Positions 19,367 to 28,779 of a DNA stretch of 64,000 bases are shown here, piece after piece. Under the pieces are notes generated by a model, which worked only from the letters and a program-made list of their open reading frames with translations, had not been told where the DNA came from and searched no databases. The stretch is from positions 820,943 to 884,942 of the forward strand of contig OZ244145.1 of assembly GCA_965216245.1 (NCBI GenBank), given 5' to 3'. Made by a program: the position numbers and the translations under genes. Source of the stretch: Chloroflexota bacterium (GTDB lineage: Bacteria > Chloroflexota > UBA11872 > VXOZ01). Numbering within the stretch: the first letter of the stretch is position 1; every line of letters begins with the position of its first letter.

Positions 19367-19810
19367 TTATTGTTGCCCTTCGTGTGGCAGGTACGCGAGC
19401 AACTCCGGCTCGATCTCCTCCAACGGAAGGGCTTCATGGCAGATTGTGACGTCCGGCGGCGATCCGCCGGGAAGCCAAACAATGCGCCCAACCACCAGAT
19501 TATTTACAACGAAGAGCACCAGTATGCGCGCGTGCGGATAGCGGGCATGGAGGAATTCCGCAAACGGCAGCATGCGCTCCCGGCGTTGGGCGTCATCGAA
19601 GCCATGCCACGTCGCTACCGAAGGCTCATCCAGCGGCATGACGATTAGATTGGCGGCGTTCACCGCGGTCCGATACTCATCTTCCGTGCCGACGCAATCC
19701 ATGCTTTCCGGATTGAGCGAGAGGAAGGCGTCGCAGTTCCAATGCTCGCGCTTCTCCTGTCGGGAAATGAGGTCCGCGGCGGAGCGCGCTTCTCGGTTAT
19801 TGCCTGCCAT
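19367..19810 (-). CDS. Hypothetical protein (147 aa), same strand as and downstream of mutL.
   Basis: GC-rich third codon positions across the frame and non-repetitive composition. I recognise no family. Confidence 0.45.
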   Translation of the reverse strand: MAGNNREARSAADLISRQEKREHWNCDAFLSLNPESMDCVGTEDEYRTAVNAANLIVMPLDEPSVATWHGFDDAQRRERMLPFAEFLHARYPHARILVLFVVNNLVVGRIVWLPGGSPPDVTICHEALPLEEIEPELLAYLPHEGQQ

Positions 19811-19930
19811 GATTGTCGTTAGCCCCTGTTTGGGAAAACTGAGTCTTCGTTTTTAAAGCGGAGGACAAGCCCTAATATTGTCGCATTAACTTTTCTGGCA
19901 AGGAACATGGCGCTTTCATTGCCCCACATC

Positions 19931-19956
19931 TCCGGTAGCGCAGGTTTGCAACCTGC
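19931..19956 (+). repeat. 26-nt hairpin repeat CCGGTAGCGCAGGTTTGCAACCTGCG in the mutL downstream intergenic region.
   Basis: 6- to 7-bp stem CGCAGG(T)/(A)CCTGCG with a 7-nt loop TTTGCAA (anticodon-loop-like). Confidence 0.55.
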
Positions 19957-20136
19957 GTCTGTTGTAGGGTCAATCCCTTGCGCACCCGTTTCTCTCAGCG
20001 AAAATGCTAAAGACGCGCCCTGTGCTGCTGACGTGGCCGCAGTTCCGCGTGCTCTGGCGGGGGACAAGCCCCCGCGCTACATTTCATCTTTCATCTGGGC
20101 AAACATACCCACTACACTATGGAATTTTATTCTTGG

Positions 20137-21846
20137 TCACGTGCGTCCGAATTCCCGCGCCAATTGCGAGTGCGAGAGGCGCACCATCGTGGGCCGGCCG
20201 TGGGGACACGTGCGCGCAAGGTCGCAGCGCTCCAGCGCGCCCAACAGCGCCTCGATCTGCTCGTGCGAAAGCACGTCTCCGGCCTTTACTGCTCCGTGGC
20301 ATGCAATTATCCATCGGAGCCGCTCTAGGGGGTCGCCGCGATAGTCGGGGTTATCCTTTTGCTCGATCACCGTCGCCACAAATTGCCCCCAGTCATAACC
20401 TTTCTCCGCAAGGAAAACGGGAACCGCCCGCAAGAGCCATGCGCCACTGCCAAATGGCTCCAGTTTAAACCCCATACGCTGGATTTCCTCCACGTGCGCC
20501 TCCAGCCATTGCAGGTGCGTCGGCGCGAGTGAAAGCGGCTGCGGCTGGAGTAACTGCTGGCTCAGTGCTTCGGGCAATCGCTTGAGCACGGCTTCGTAGA
20601 GGACACGCTCGTGCGCTGAATGCTGGTCGATCAGATACATGCCGTCGAATCCCTCGGCTATCACGTACATCGCGCTGAGCTGCCCCACGACGCGCAACTC
20701 TGAGGGCGCAACTGGAGCGGCAGGCACCGAACCGTTGTCCGGTGCGACTGATGCGCCATCCGCCGGACGAAAGAGGTCTACTGCCTGCGCTGATCGGCCC
20801 GAGTCCACGGACACTTCGGTTCCGCGCCACGAATCCATGGACTGAAAGTGCTGGCGCATTGGCTGCACTGCAACGTGCTGCGCTAATTCCGACCGCATCA
20901 CGTGGCGCATCTGCCGCATGACACGGCCGCTATCTTTAAGCCGAATATCCGACTTTTGCGGGTGGACGTTTACGTCGACTTCCTCCCAAGGGAGCGAGAC
21001 GTCCAAGGCTGCCAAAGGGTACCGTCCGTCAGGCATGAGCTCTGCGTATACATCCGTGACAGCGTAGGCTAGGGCCCGCTGCTGCACCCAGCGGCTGTTT
21101 ACGAAAAGAGAAACTCCCGTCCGGTTGCCGCGATTCACGGTGGGCTGAACGAGCACGCCGTGCATTAGCGGATCGTCCACCGGAATCAATTGCTCGGCAA
21201 TCTCGTGGCCGTACATTGAGATAAAGACGTCCTCCATCCGTCCGCTGCCACTTGAAGAAAAGACCTCTCGCCCATTGACGCTAAGTTCAAAGCGCACCGC
21301 GGGATGGCTCAGAGCAAGATGCTGCACGCACTGGACGATACGCTGCGTTTCTGCCTGAGGGCTCTTACAAAAGGCGAGCCGCGCCGGTATGTTGAAGAAG
21401 AGGTGCCGCACGTCCACGGCAGTGCCTACCGACCCGGCCGTCGCCGCCATCTCGGTCTGCTCGCCGCCAACGGCTGTCAGCACGTGCGCCGAGCGGTCCT
21501 GTGCTGTACGGGATCGGATATCCAAATGGGAAACCGCCGCTATTGAAGCCAGCGCTTCACCCCGAAACCCCAGCGTACGTATGGCCGCAAGATCATCCAC
21601 GCTGCTGATCTTGCTAGTGGCGTAACGGCGCACCGCGAGCGGAAGATCCTCCGCTACAATCCCAACACCGTTATCTTCAATACCGATCCGGCGCAATCCG
21701 CCCTGCTCGATTCCAACGGTGATGGCAGTGGCCTGGGCATCGAGGGCGTTCTCACAGAGTTCCTTCACCACCGATGCCGGACGTTCGACTACTTCCCCCG
21801 CCGCAATCTTCGCCGCGAGTGCTGCAGACAATACTTGGACGGCCAT
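20137..21846 (-). CDS. mutL: DNA mismatch repair protein MutL. The start was moved to the internal Met (MAVQVLSAALAAKIAAGEVVERP); the ORF extension to 22038 is upstream read-through.
   Basis: GHKL ATPase N-terminal motifs (ELCENALDA, GIEDNGVGI) and a C-terminal dimerisation domain. Confidence 0.85.
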   Translation of the reverse strand: MAVQVLSAALAAKIAAGEVVERPASVVKELCENALDAQATAITVGIEQGGLRRIGIEDNGVGIVAEDLPLAVRRYATSKISSVDDLAAIRTLGFRGEALASIAAVSHLDIRSRTAQDRSAHVLTAVGGEQTEMAATAGSVGTAVDVRHLFFNIPARLAFCKSPQAETQRIVQCVQHLALSHPAVRFELSVNGREVFSSSGSGRMEDVFISMYGHEIAEQLIPVDDPLMHGVLVQPTVNRGNRTGVSLFVNSRWVQQRALAYAVTDVYAELMPDGRYPLAALDVSLPWEEVDVNVHPQKSDIRLKDSGRVMRQMRHVMRSELAQHVAVQPMRQHFQSMDSWRGTEVSVDSGRSAQAVDLFRPADGASVAPDNGSVPAAPVAPSELRVVGQLSAMYVIAEGFDGMYLIDQHSAHERVLYEAVLKRLPEALSQQLLQPQPLSLAPTHLQWLEAHVEEIQRMGFKLEPFGSGAWLLRAVPVFLAEKGYDWGQFVATVIEQKDNPDYRGDPLERLRWIIACHGAVKAGDVLSHEQIEALLGALERCDLARTCPHGRPTMVRLSHSQLAREFGRT

Positions 21847-22157
21847 GCTTAGTTCCTCTCCACGTTCTCCCTGATAGCAGGATAGCAATCGCAACCGTTG
21901 GGGGTCAAAAGCCCACGCCGACCGTGCGCACATTGACGGGAAGAGTCTGGATGGTGATGCAAGCCCCTGCAACGGCCCTGCCGGATGGAAACACAGTTCC
22001 GCTCGTTCCTTTGACCCGCATAGAATCGCTAGGCTCACGTCCGGAGTGCGGACAAAGTCAAAGACTTACCCTCTGCCACTGCATACAAAATCCGAGAGCA
22101 ACTCATGTATATATATCTCTAGACACTATATTATCTAAACTATATTCATAAAGATAC

Positions 22158-22186
22158 TTGACAGAGTGCGACGCATATTTTAGAAT
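22158..22186 (+). promoter_or_regulatory. Sigma-70-type promoter for hsp20: TTGACA, a 17-nt spacer, then TAGAAT, in an AT-rich block. The RBS GGAGG lies 7 nt before the ATG.
   Basis: Both hexamers were read directly from the sequence. Confidence 0.55.
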
Positions 22187-22233
22187 GCTACTAGAGGCTT
22201 GGTTCAAAACAAACAGCAATTGGAGGTAATACC

Positions 22234-22683
22234 ATGGCTGAACTCAAACGCTACGAGCCCCACACGTTCGCAACCGCACAGGACGTCTTCGATCGACTAT
22301 TCGATCGGTCCCTCTTTGGCCCGGGACTCTTCGCCAATGGGACCACGCCGCATGCAAGCCGAGGCTTCCCTTCCAACCTATGGGAAACCGACGAGGCATA
22401 CGTGCTGGAGTTGGCGATACCGGGTGTCAACCCCGACGACGTCGAGATGACCCTGAGCAAAGGCAGCTTGATCATCAAGGGCCGGTACGATCAATCTGGG
22501 GCCACCACAGGAACGCGCATCTGGCACAATCTGCCTGAGGGCAAATTCGAGATTGCGTACACATTGCCGAGCGCTGTCTACGCCGATGAGGCTGCGGTCT
22601 CCTGGGCGAACGGCATCTTCAAGGTGCACCTGCCCAAGGAGGAGAAAGCCAAGTCGAAGCGGCTAAAGATCAACGTCGGCTAG
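22234..22683 (+). CDS. Hsp20/alpha-crystallin family small heat-shock protein.
   Basis: Alpha-crystallin domain (AYVLELAIPGV..KGSLIIKG..HNLPEGKFEIAYTLP) with a C-terminal I/V-x-I/V-like tail. Confidence 0.9.
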   Translation: MAELKRYEPHTFATAQDVFDRLFDRSLFGPGLFANGTTPHASRGFPSNLWETDEAYVLELAIPGVNPDDVEMTLSKGSLIIKGRYDQSGATTGTRIWHNLPEGKFEIAYTLPSAVYADEAAVSWANGIFKVHLPKEEKAKSKRLKINVG

Positions 22684-22728
22684 TGGGAATCTCTCTGTAG
22701 GTACCTGCCCATTAGTAAACCAACGCCC

Positions 22729-22750
22729 ACGGAGCTTGCACGAGCTCCGT
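22729..22750 (+). terminator. Hairpin ACGGAGCT-tgcacg-AGCTCCGT immediately after the hsp20 stop.
   Basis: 8-bp perfect stem read from the sequence. No strong U-tract. Confidence 0.4.
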
Positions 22751-22808
22751 AGGCGTCTTGGTATTCTAGGCTGGATCGCTAAATTGCCGTCATTCCTGTA
22801 AATGTTGA

Positions 22809-23058
22809 GTAATTCGTTGACAGAATTCGCTTTCCACCAGGCAGCGTTGACCGATTATGTCATTCCGAGCGCAGCGTCGAACAGTGTTCGCTGACTTCGT
22901 CAAAGACGCGGAATCTGGAGTCCATGTCGCACCTAGTCCAATAGGCTCAGCACTTTAGATTCCTCTCTGCGCTGCGCTCCGTTCGGAATGACATGTGTAC
23001 AAGGCATGCACGACGCGTCGCTTATCTTCTCTTTATTGAAAATCTGTCAACGAATTAC
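22809..23058. mobile_element. Composite MITE-like element, consistent with nesting. Outer inverted repeats GTAATTCGTTGACAGA (22809-22828 and 23043-23058). They enclose an inner 135-bp element (22859-22993) bounded by GTCATTCCGAGCGCAGCG...CGCTGCGCTCCGTTCGGAATGAC inverted repeats.
   Basis: The inverted repeats were read directly. There is no ORF encoding a transposase, so it is non-autonomous. Confidence 0.55.
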
Positions 23059-23243
23059 CTGACACCTACAATTCCCGTGCAAACGGGAATCCATCTTCTC
23101 CGCACTGCGCACGTAGCCATTGGCGGAGGACAAGCCTCCGTGCTTCAGTTTCTTGCAATCAAATTCCGAAACGGAATTAGTAGACCTAGGCTTGAAGCCT
23201 TTGCGAGGCAGCGGTTCTTGTCATTTGCATATTGCCTTTTGGT

Positions 23244-23357
23244 GTCATTCCGAGCGCAGCGTCGAACAGGGTTCGCGGAATCTAGAATGCCCCCGACTCT
23301 AGATTCTTCGTCGCGGAGTTTATCCTGAGCTTGCCGAAGGGCTCCTCAGAGAATGAC
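23244..23357. mobile_element. Second MITE-like copy of the same family (GTCATTCCGAGCGCAGCGTCGAACAGGGTTCGCGGAATCTAGA ... GAGAATGAC) with an internal GAATCTAGA/TCTAGATTC palindrome.
   Basis: The left end is nearly identical over about 30 nt to the copy at 22859. The right end is degenerate. Confidence 0.5.
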
Positions 23358-23533
23358 AGTTTGAGGACCTGGCTTAGGCCCGGGTACGACCACGTGTCTT
23401 GCATGTGACTCATCTAAGCCCAAGACTGCTAATTCCGTTCCGAAATTCAGGCTTACTTGTGTCAGAGCTACTCTTCGTAATTGAACACAACCCATACATG
23501 GCCCCGCAGAGATGTCCACCGTCTTCACGCCCC

Positions 23534-25294
23534 TCACCGCTCGACGAGCGCGCTCCCTTGTTCCACTTTCCAACGTTGTGCCCGGTCGTAGAGTTCGCGC
23601 GCGCTGCGCTCGGCCGCTGCTCCCGCTGCTCCGCCCATCGCTGCCAACTCATCGATTCGCTCATCCGGTGACAGAGCATGCACGTGCGTAGCCGTGCGGT
23701 TATCCACCGTTTCCTTGTGAATGAAAAAGTGTTGGTCGGCGTACGCCGCCACCTGCGGCAGGTGCGTCACGCAGATCACCTGGTGATTCCGCACAAGGCT
23801 CCACAGCTTCTCACCTAGCACCGCGCCGCTGCGGCCGCCGACGCCAATCTCAATCTCGTCGAAGATGAGCACCGGCGTCTCGTCGACGTGGGCGAGCGCC
23901 GCCTTGAGGGCAAGCAGGAGGCGGGATGCCTCGCCGCCGGAAGCAATAGTCGCCAGTGGCTTCAAGGGTTCGCCGCGATTGGAGCTAATGAGAAACTCCA
24001 CGGTATCGATACCCGTTTGCCCGCATTGCAGCGTCCGCGGCCCTTCCTCAGTTTCCACCAAGAGCCCTTGCGGCACTTCCTCCTGAGTCACGGCCACGTC
24101 AAATTGCATATGCGGCATACCGAGCAATGTTAGTTCGCGGTGCACGGCAGCGACCAAGTCTCCTACGCCGGACTTCCGTTTCGCCGAGAGTTCAACGGCG
24201 CGTGCAGCGAGCTCGCCGGTGAGTCGTTGCAGTTCGCGCGCGATATCTTCTGCGCGGTTCTCGCTGGTTTGAATGCCGGTCAGCTCTGTCGCCGCTTGCT
24301 CCGCATACGCCAATATCTCTGCGATGCTATCCCCGTACTTGCTTTTCAAGCTTTCGATTATGTCCAGCCGGGCCTCTACCTCCAGCAGTCTCGTCGGCTC
24401 ACATTCCAGACTGCCGGCATAGCGCCGCATGTCAGCGACCAACTCCTCCAACTGAGCCGAAAGCTCTTGACCGACCTGGAGATACGGCTCTGCCTCGGGA
24501 TCGAGTTCCACCAATTGTTGCAGAGCCTTTACGGCCTCTCCCACCCAATCGTTTGCAGGCCGCGCGGGTTCGGCGGCATCGCTGAGCGCTTCGAGAATCT
24601 GACCCGAGAGATCCACAAGCTCCGCACTGTGACGCAGCCGCCGATACTCGCCCCGCAGCGCATATTCTTCGCCGGGGGAAAGGCTTGCCTCGACGATTTC
24701 CTGGATTTGAAAAATAAGCAAGTCGGAGCGCTGCGCAAGCTCCCGTCCATCCTGCTGGAGATGCCGCATTTCAGTCTGCACGGCATTTGACACACGATAC
24801 GCGTGCGTAACTTGCTGCCGCACTTCATCCAGGCCGGCAAAGCGATCGAGAAACTCCAATTGCAGCTTGGAACGAAGCAGTGAGAGATTCTCGCCCTGAC
24901 CGTGAATGTCGACAATGAGGCCGGTCACCTGCTGCAATGCACTTACGGGCATTGCTCGGCCTTGAATGCGGGCAGTGGTGCGCCCGGAAGCCGCGATCTC
25001 CCGCGAGAGCAGCAAACGACCGCCATCATCTAGGGTAACACCGACCTCATCCAATGCTTCTGCGAGGGCCGGGCAAACCGTCTCCAGCACGAAAGTACCT
25101 TCAACCCGCGCCGTACGAGCGCCGCTGCGCACGTCGGCAGCGCCTACACGATTGCCGAGCAGAGCGCCGATAGCATCGATGACGATCGACTTGCCGGCGC
25201 CGGTCTCACCGGTAAGGACATTGAACCCAGCGCCAAGCTCGACCTGCACTTCGTCAATCAGCGCGAAGTCATGAATTTCCAAGTGCTCCAACAT
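23534..25294 (-). CDS. recN: DNA repair protein RecN.
   Basis: N-terminal MLEHLEIHDFALID..LTGETGAGKS Walker A, a long coiled-coil middle and a C-terminal ABC signature/Walker B (LLALKAAL..LIFDEIEIGVGG). Confidence 0.9.
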   Translation of the reverse strand: MLEHLEIHDFALIDEVQVELGAGFNVLTGETGAGKSIVIDAIGALLGNRVGAADVRSGARTARVEGTFVLETVCPALAEALDEVGVTLDDGGRLLLSREIAASGRTTARIQGRAMPVSALQQVTGLIVDIHGQGENLSLLRSKLQLEFLDRFAGLDEVRQQVTHAYRVSNAVQTEMRHLQQDGRELAQRSDLLIFQIQEIVEASLSPGEEYALRGEYRRLRHSAELVDLSGQILEALSDAAEPARPANDWVGEAVKALQQLVELDPEAEPYLQVGQELSAQLEELVADMRRYAGSLECEPTRLLEVEARLDIIESLKSKYGDSIAEILAYAEQAATELTGIQTSENRAEDIARELQRLTGELAARAVELSAKRKSGVGDLVAAVHRELTLLGMPHMQFDVAVTQEEVPQGLLVETEEGPRTLQCGQTGIDTVEFLISSNRGEPLKPLATIASGGEASRLLLALKAALAHVDETPVLIFDEIEIGVGGRSGAVLGEKLWSLVRNHQVICVTHLPQVAAYADQHFFIHKETVDNRTATHVHALSPDERIDELAAMGGAAGAAAERSARELYDRAQRWKVEQGSALVER

Positions 25295-25302
25295 GGGGCA
25301 TC

Positions 25303-26130
25303 CTAGGAGCTGTCGAGGGGGATTCGGAGCTTGCGCACCAGCGTCTCGTAGAAGTAGGTACGTTCCTGCACGCGAGCGAATTTGCAGGTTTGAGTCGCGG
25401 TAGTCAGATGCATCATGCCTTCGTTGGGAAGATCACCTACCAGCAGCCCGTCAATTGTGACCACCGCCTCATGCTGGTGAAATACCTGCAAACGTAACCG
25501 CGCCGATTGGCGCAAGACAAACGGAGTCGTCGGCCCCCGCAGAGAGTACATCGGTGTGATGAGCAAATTCCGGACCTCTGGATGCAAAATCGGCCCGCCG
25601 GCCACCATAGAATAGGCCGTTGACCCGGTTGCGGTAGAAATCATTAGACCGTCCGCCACGTAGTCGGCGAGAAAGGCATCGTCAATCCATACCTTTATGT
25701 CTAGCACGCGCCGCACGTGCCCCTGACTAATCACCGCCTCATTGAGCGCTACCGTCTCTTGCATTTCGCCCTCAATTTGGCAGTCAAGCATAGAGCGTTC
25801 TTCAATCCAGTAGTCCTCATTCAAGAAGCGCGGCAACGTCTGGATCGCTTCTGTGGGCAAGAGTTCCGAGAGAAACCCGAGCCGTCCAAACTTCACTCCA
25901 ACAATAGGTACGTCATGCTGCGCGCAGAGCGGCGCCGCTCGCAAAATGCTGCCGTCACCACCGAGAGTATAGAGCAGGTCTGTGGCAGGGATTCGCTCTT
26001 GCCATTCCGCCTCGGCTTCCACCGGCACGTGCCAGGCGCCGTGTCCTTCTTTCTCGATGAGAGAGTGCAGAACGGTAGCAAGCGATTGTGCCTGCGGACG
26101 TCCGGGGTGGTAGAGCAATCCTACTGTCAC
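25303..26130 (-). CDS. nadK: NAD+ kinase. It sits 8 bp upstream of recN, the conserved nadK-recN arrangement.
   Basis: GGDGSILRAA motif and an NAD-kinase C-terminal domain. Confidence 0.9.
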   Translation of the reverse strand: MTVGLLYHPGRPQAQSLATVLHSLIEKEGHGAWHVPVEAEAEWQERIPATDLLYTLGGDGSILRAAPLCAQHDVPIVGVKFGRLGFLSELLPTEAIQTLPRFLNEDYWIEERSMLDCQIEGEMQETVALNEAVISQGHVRRVLDIKVWIDDAFLADYVADGLMISTATGSTAYSMVAGGPILHPEVRNLLITPMYSLRGPTTPFVLRQSARLRLQVFHQHEAVVTIDGLLVGDLPNEGMMHLTTATQTCKFARVQERTYFYETLVRKLRIPLDSS

Positions 26131-26480
26131 AGCTCTTCGCCTATCTCTTGTTCCAGACTAGACCAACAATTGTGCTTTGGTAGAAGCTTGTCATACCACC
26201 GGCACTTAAACCCAGGACTTAGGTGGCAGTGAACAGCGGGCCTTGCTGAGACGCCATCTTCACTTCTGCTGCGCAGTAACCAATAGCGGTTTGATTATAC
26301 CGCAGGGGTAGCGGGGAAAGTACGTGCAGCACTGCGCAACGGGGAGAGTCCCGCGTCCTCTCTTGCCACGACATGGCTGCGCGATAGCACGCTTCGGCAG
26401 CATCTCCCTCAGCGTCTTGGCGTGGAAGCAGCTCTTGCGAGAAGCGCCCTTGGCCCATGTCCCAGCACTGCCGTATATTG

Positions 26481-27641
26481 CTAGAGGTCGGTCGTCTGCC
26501 GCTGCGCGCCATACAGCAAACCGTGGGTTAGTTGGCGATACATGAGCACCGTTCTCGCCGCAATGCGTTCTTGTGTAAACTCACTGAGAACCCGCTCTCG
26601 CCCTTGTGCGCCAAGTTTGCGCCGCAGCGACGGATCTTTGTGAAGCTTGGTCAATGTCTCCGCCAGCGCCTCTGCATCACCCTCCGGGAACGTCATGCCG
26701 CCCCGTTCCGCATCGGTGCTACCGACAATTTCAGGGATTTCTCCGGATTCCGATCCCACCACAGACACCCCACACGCCATTGCCTCGATGAGCACGCGAC
26801 CGAACTGCTCTTTCCAATTCGGCATGGTGAGAGAGGGCAAGACGCAGACGTGCATTGCCTGGTAGTGTGCCGGCATTGAATTGCTGGGCACGTGGCCGAT
26901 GAACTCAACTTTATCCTGAATTCCCAAGGATTCAGCCTGCGACCGCAGCATCGGCTCTGCCGGGCCGGTCCCAATGAGCTTCACCTGGTAGGGGAATGCG
27001 AGACGTGACGCCGCGTTGAGCAGCACGTGAATACCCTTTGCCCGGACCAACCGACCCACGTAGCCGATTCTAAAGACTTCGTCGGAATCGTCCGGCTGGG
27101 AGACCGGAGAGAAGAGGGCAGCGTCTACGCCGAATTGCGGAAAGACCGCAGACGGGCACGAGTAGCGCTTTCGGCGCAGCACCTCTTGAGCCTGCCGCGT
27201 GCCGGCCTGTGCCGCATGTGACCGCAGCAGCGAGTAAAGTTCGATGAAGTAGAATGGCGGCGGTAAAACCCGGTAGATATTTTGCCAGGCAAAGAAGATC
27301 GCCTTGGCCCCGACTCGCCTTGCCTGCCAAATCGCATGTGCCGTGGCGAAGTTGTAGGGCTCTTCATCAACGTGCACCACGTCGGGCTGCCACTCGACGA
27401 GATGACGCCGCAGGCCGGGATAGTAGTGCATGTGGTAGTGCCCATTGAAGCGCATGTGCGCAGGAACCAGCTCATAGCCGGTGGTGTAGCGAGGTTCCAA
27501 CACCTGGCGATAATCACCTTCCCGCCAATAGGGAGGCACAATTGCGCGAAGCTCGACATCCGGAAACTTGGCGATCTCTTCCATCTTGCGTTGGTACGTG
27601 GCCACTACAAGCGCCTTGGAAATGTAAAGCACGCGCATCAT
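26481..27641 (-). CDS. Glycosyltransferase family 4 (GT-B fold, group-1 glycosyl transferase).
   Basis: EAMACGVSVVGSESGEIPEIVG E-x7-E motif. Confidence 0.8.
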   Translation of the reverse strand: MMRVLYISKALVVATYQRKMEEIAKFPDVELRAIVPPYWREGDYRQVLEPRYTTGYELVPAHMRFNGHYHMHYYPGLRRHLVEWQPDVVHVDEEPYNFATAHAIWQARRVGAKAIFFAWQNIYRVLPPPFYFIELYSLLRSHAAQAGTRQAQEVLRRKRYSCPSAVFPQFGVDAALFSPVSQPDDSDEVFRIGYVGRLVRAKGIHVLLNAASRLAFPYQVKLIGTGPAEPMLRSQAESLGIQDKVEFIGHVPSNSMPAHYQAMHVCVLPSLTMPNWKEQFGRVLIEAMACGVSVVGSESGEIPEIVGSTDAERGGMTFPEGDAEALAETLTKLHKDPSLRRKLGAQGRERVLSEFTQERIAARTVLMYRQLTHGLLYGAQRQTTDL

Positions 27642-28768
27642 TTCACCTGCTTGTAGACCGCAATGGTCTGTGCGGCCGTACGCTCCCAGGAGAACGCCTG
27701 GGCTTGCGCAATCGCCCGTTCAGCGTATTGCGCTCGTTCCTGGCCGGATTCCCAAAGACGACCGATGGCTGCCGCCCAGGCTTTGGCGTCGTCTGGCGGG
27801 ACTAAGATGCCGCCTTCGCCTACCACCTCCGGCAACGACGTGGCATCGCTGCATACGACCGGTGTGCCGCAAGCCATGGCTTCTAACGGATCGAGGCCGA
27901 ATCCTTCATAGCGCGAAGGGAACACGAAGACCGTCGCGGCACGATACAAGAGCGGCTTATCCGCTTCCGGTACGCCGCCCAGAAAACGCACGCGGTGCCC
28001 TATCTCCGATTCAGTGGCTTGGCGCACCCAGTCGGGAAAGAGAGCGGCCTTTCCATGTCGCGTTCGGCCCGCAATAACAAGCGAGACATCTTCCGGTAAC
28101 TTCTCGAGCGCCGTAAAAAGTATCCCAAGGTTCTTGCGCACGTCCAGGCCGCCGAGATAGAAGAGGAATCGTTCCGGCAGATCGTAGCGCCGCCGTGCAG
28201 CCTTGACATCCTCATCTCGTAAGTCTGGCGAAAATCGTGCATCCGCGGCCAGATGCACAACGTGCACATCGTCTTCGCTAAGGTTAAGCCGCTCGATCAC
28301 GTCGCGCTTGGCGGCTTCAGAATCCGTAATGATGGCATCCGCTTTGTGCGCCGCCGCCATTACAAGGCTCGTATAGAGTCGCACGAGGGGGTTGCCGCGA
28401 TACTCAGGCAGCACAACCGGAATCAAGTCGTGAATAGTAGCTACCAGCGGAAAGCTATGGTAATGCGATGGGGCGAAGTAAGGCACGTGGCCCACTACGT
28501 CCTGGCCCGACTTAGCAGCCAGCCGGGGCCACGTTACTTGCTCCCACCACAGTTTTGCCAGGTTGCCTCGGCGCAGCAAGCCGCCCATTGGGGCGTGCGC
28601 CCGGATACCGCCGACCGGACGCATCGTATCGCGCATGAAGTAGGGCAGTTGCACAGAGACCTGAACTTCGTCGCTGCGCTTTTGCAACGCCCGCAGTAAA
28701 TGGTAGGTGTACTGCGCGCTTCCGGTGTGGAGCACATTAAGGAAATACCCATTTACGGCAATTTCCAT
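27638..28768 (-). CDS. Glycosyltransferase family 4. It overlaps the downstream GT4 by 4 bp, indicating translational coupling.
   Basis: EAMACGTPVVCSDATSLPEVVGEGG motif. Confidence 0.8.
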   Translation of the reverse strand: MEIAVNGYFLNVLHTGSAQYTYHLLRALQKRSDEVQVSVQLPYFMRDTMRPVGGIRAHAPMGGLLRRGNLAKLWWEQVTWPRLAAKSGQDVVGHVPYFAPSHYHSFPLVATIHDLIPVVLPEYRGNPLVRLYTSLVMAAAHKADAIITDSEAAKRDVIERLNLSEDDVHVVHLAADARFSPDLRDEDVKAARRRYDLPERFLFYLGGLDVRKNLGILFTALEKLPEDVSLVIAGRTRHGKAALFPDWVRQATESEIGHRVRFLGGVPEADKPLLYRAATVFVFPSRYEGFGLDPLEAMACGTPVVCSDATSLPEVVGEGGILVPPDDAKAWAAAIGRLWESGQERAQYAERAIAQAQAFSWERTAAQTIAVYKQVK

Positions 28769-28779
28769 AGTGGCGCGGG

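Noticed and set aside
19900-19990. Possible tRNA gene suggested by the anticodon-loop-like hairpin.
   Set aside because: Only the anticodon-arm-like stem-loop and a weak T-loop-like GGGTCAATCCC are present. There is no D-arm, acceptor stem or CCA-proximal pairing, and the same 26-mer recurs at two other loci. So it is a repeat, not a tRNA.
21847-22038. 64-aa N-terminal extension of mutL in the ORF track.
   Set aside because: MutL family proteins begin at the conserved MAVQVLSA...ELCENALDA region. The extension is Cys/Ser/Leu-rich with no RBS context.
23346-23573. 75-aa minus-strand ORF overlapping the recN 3' end and the MITE.
   Set aside because: It lies within repeat DNA and overlaps the recN stop region. 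It is likely spurious.
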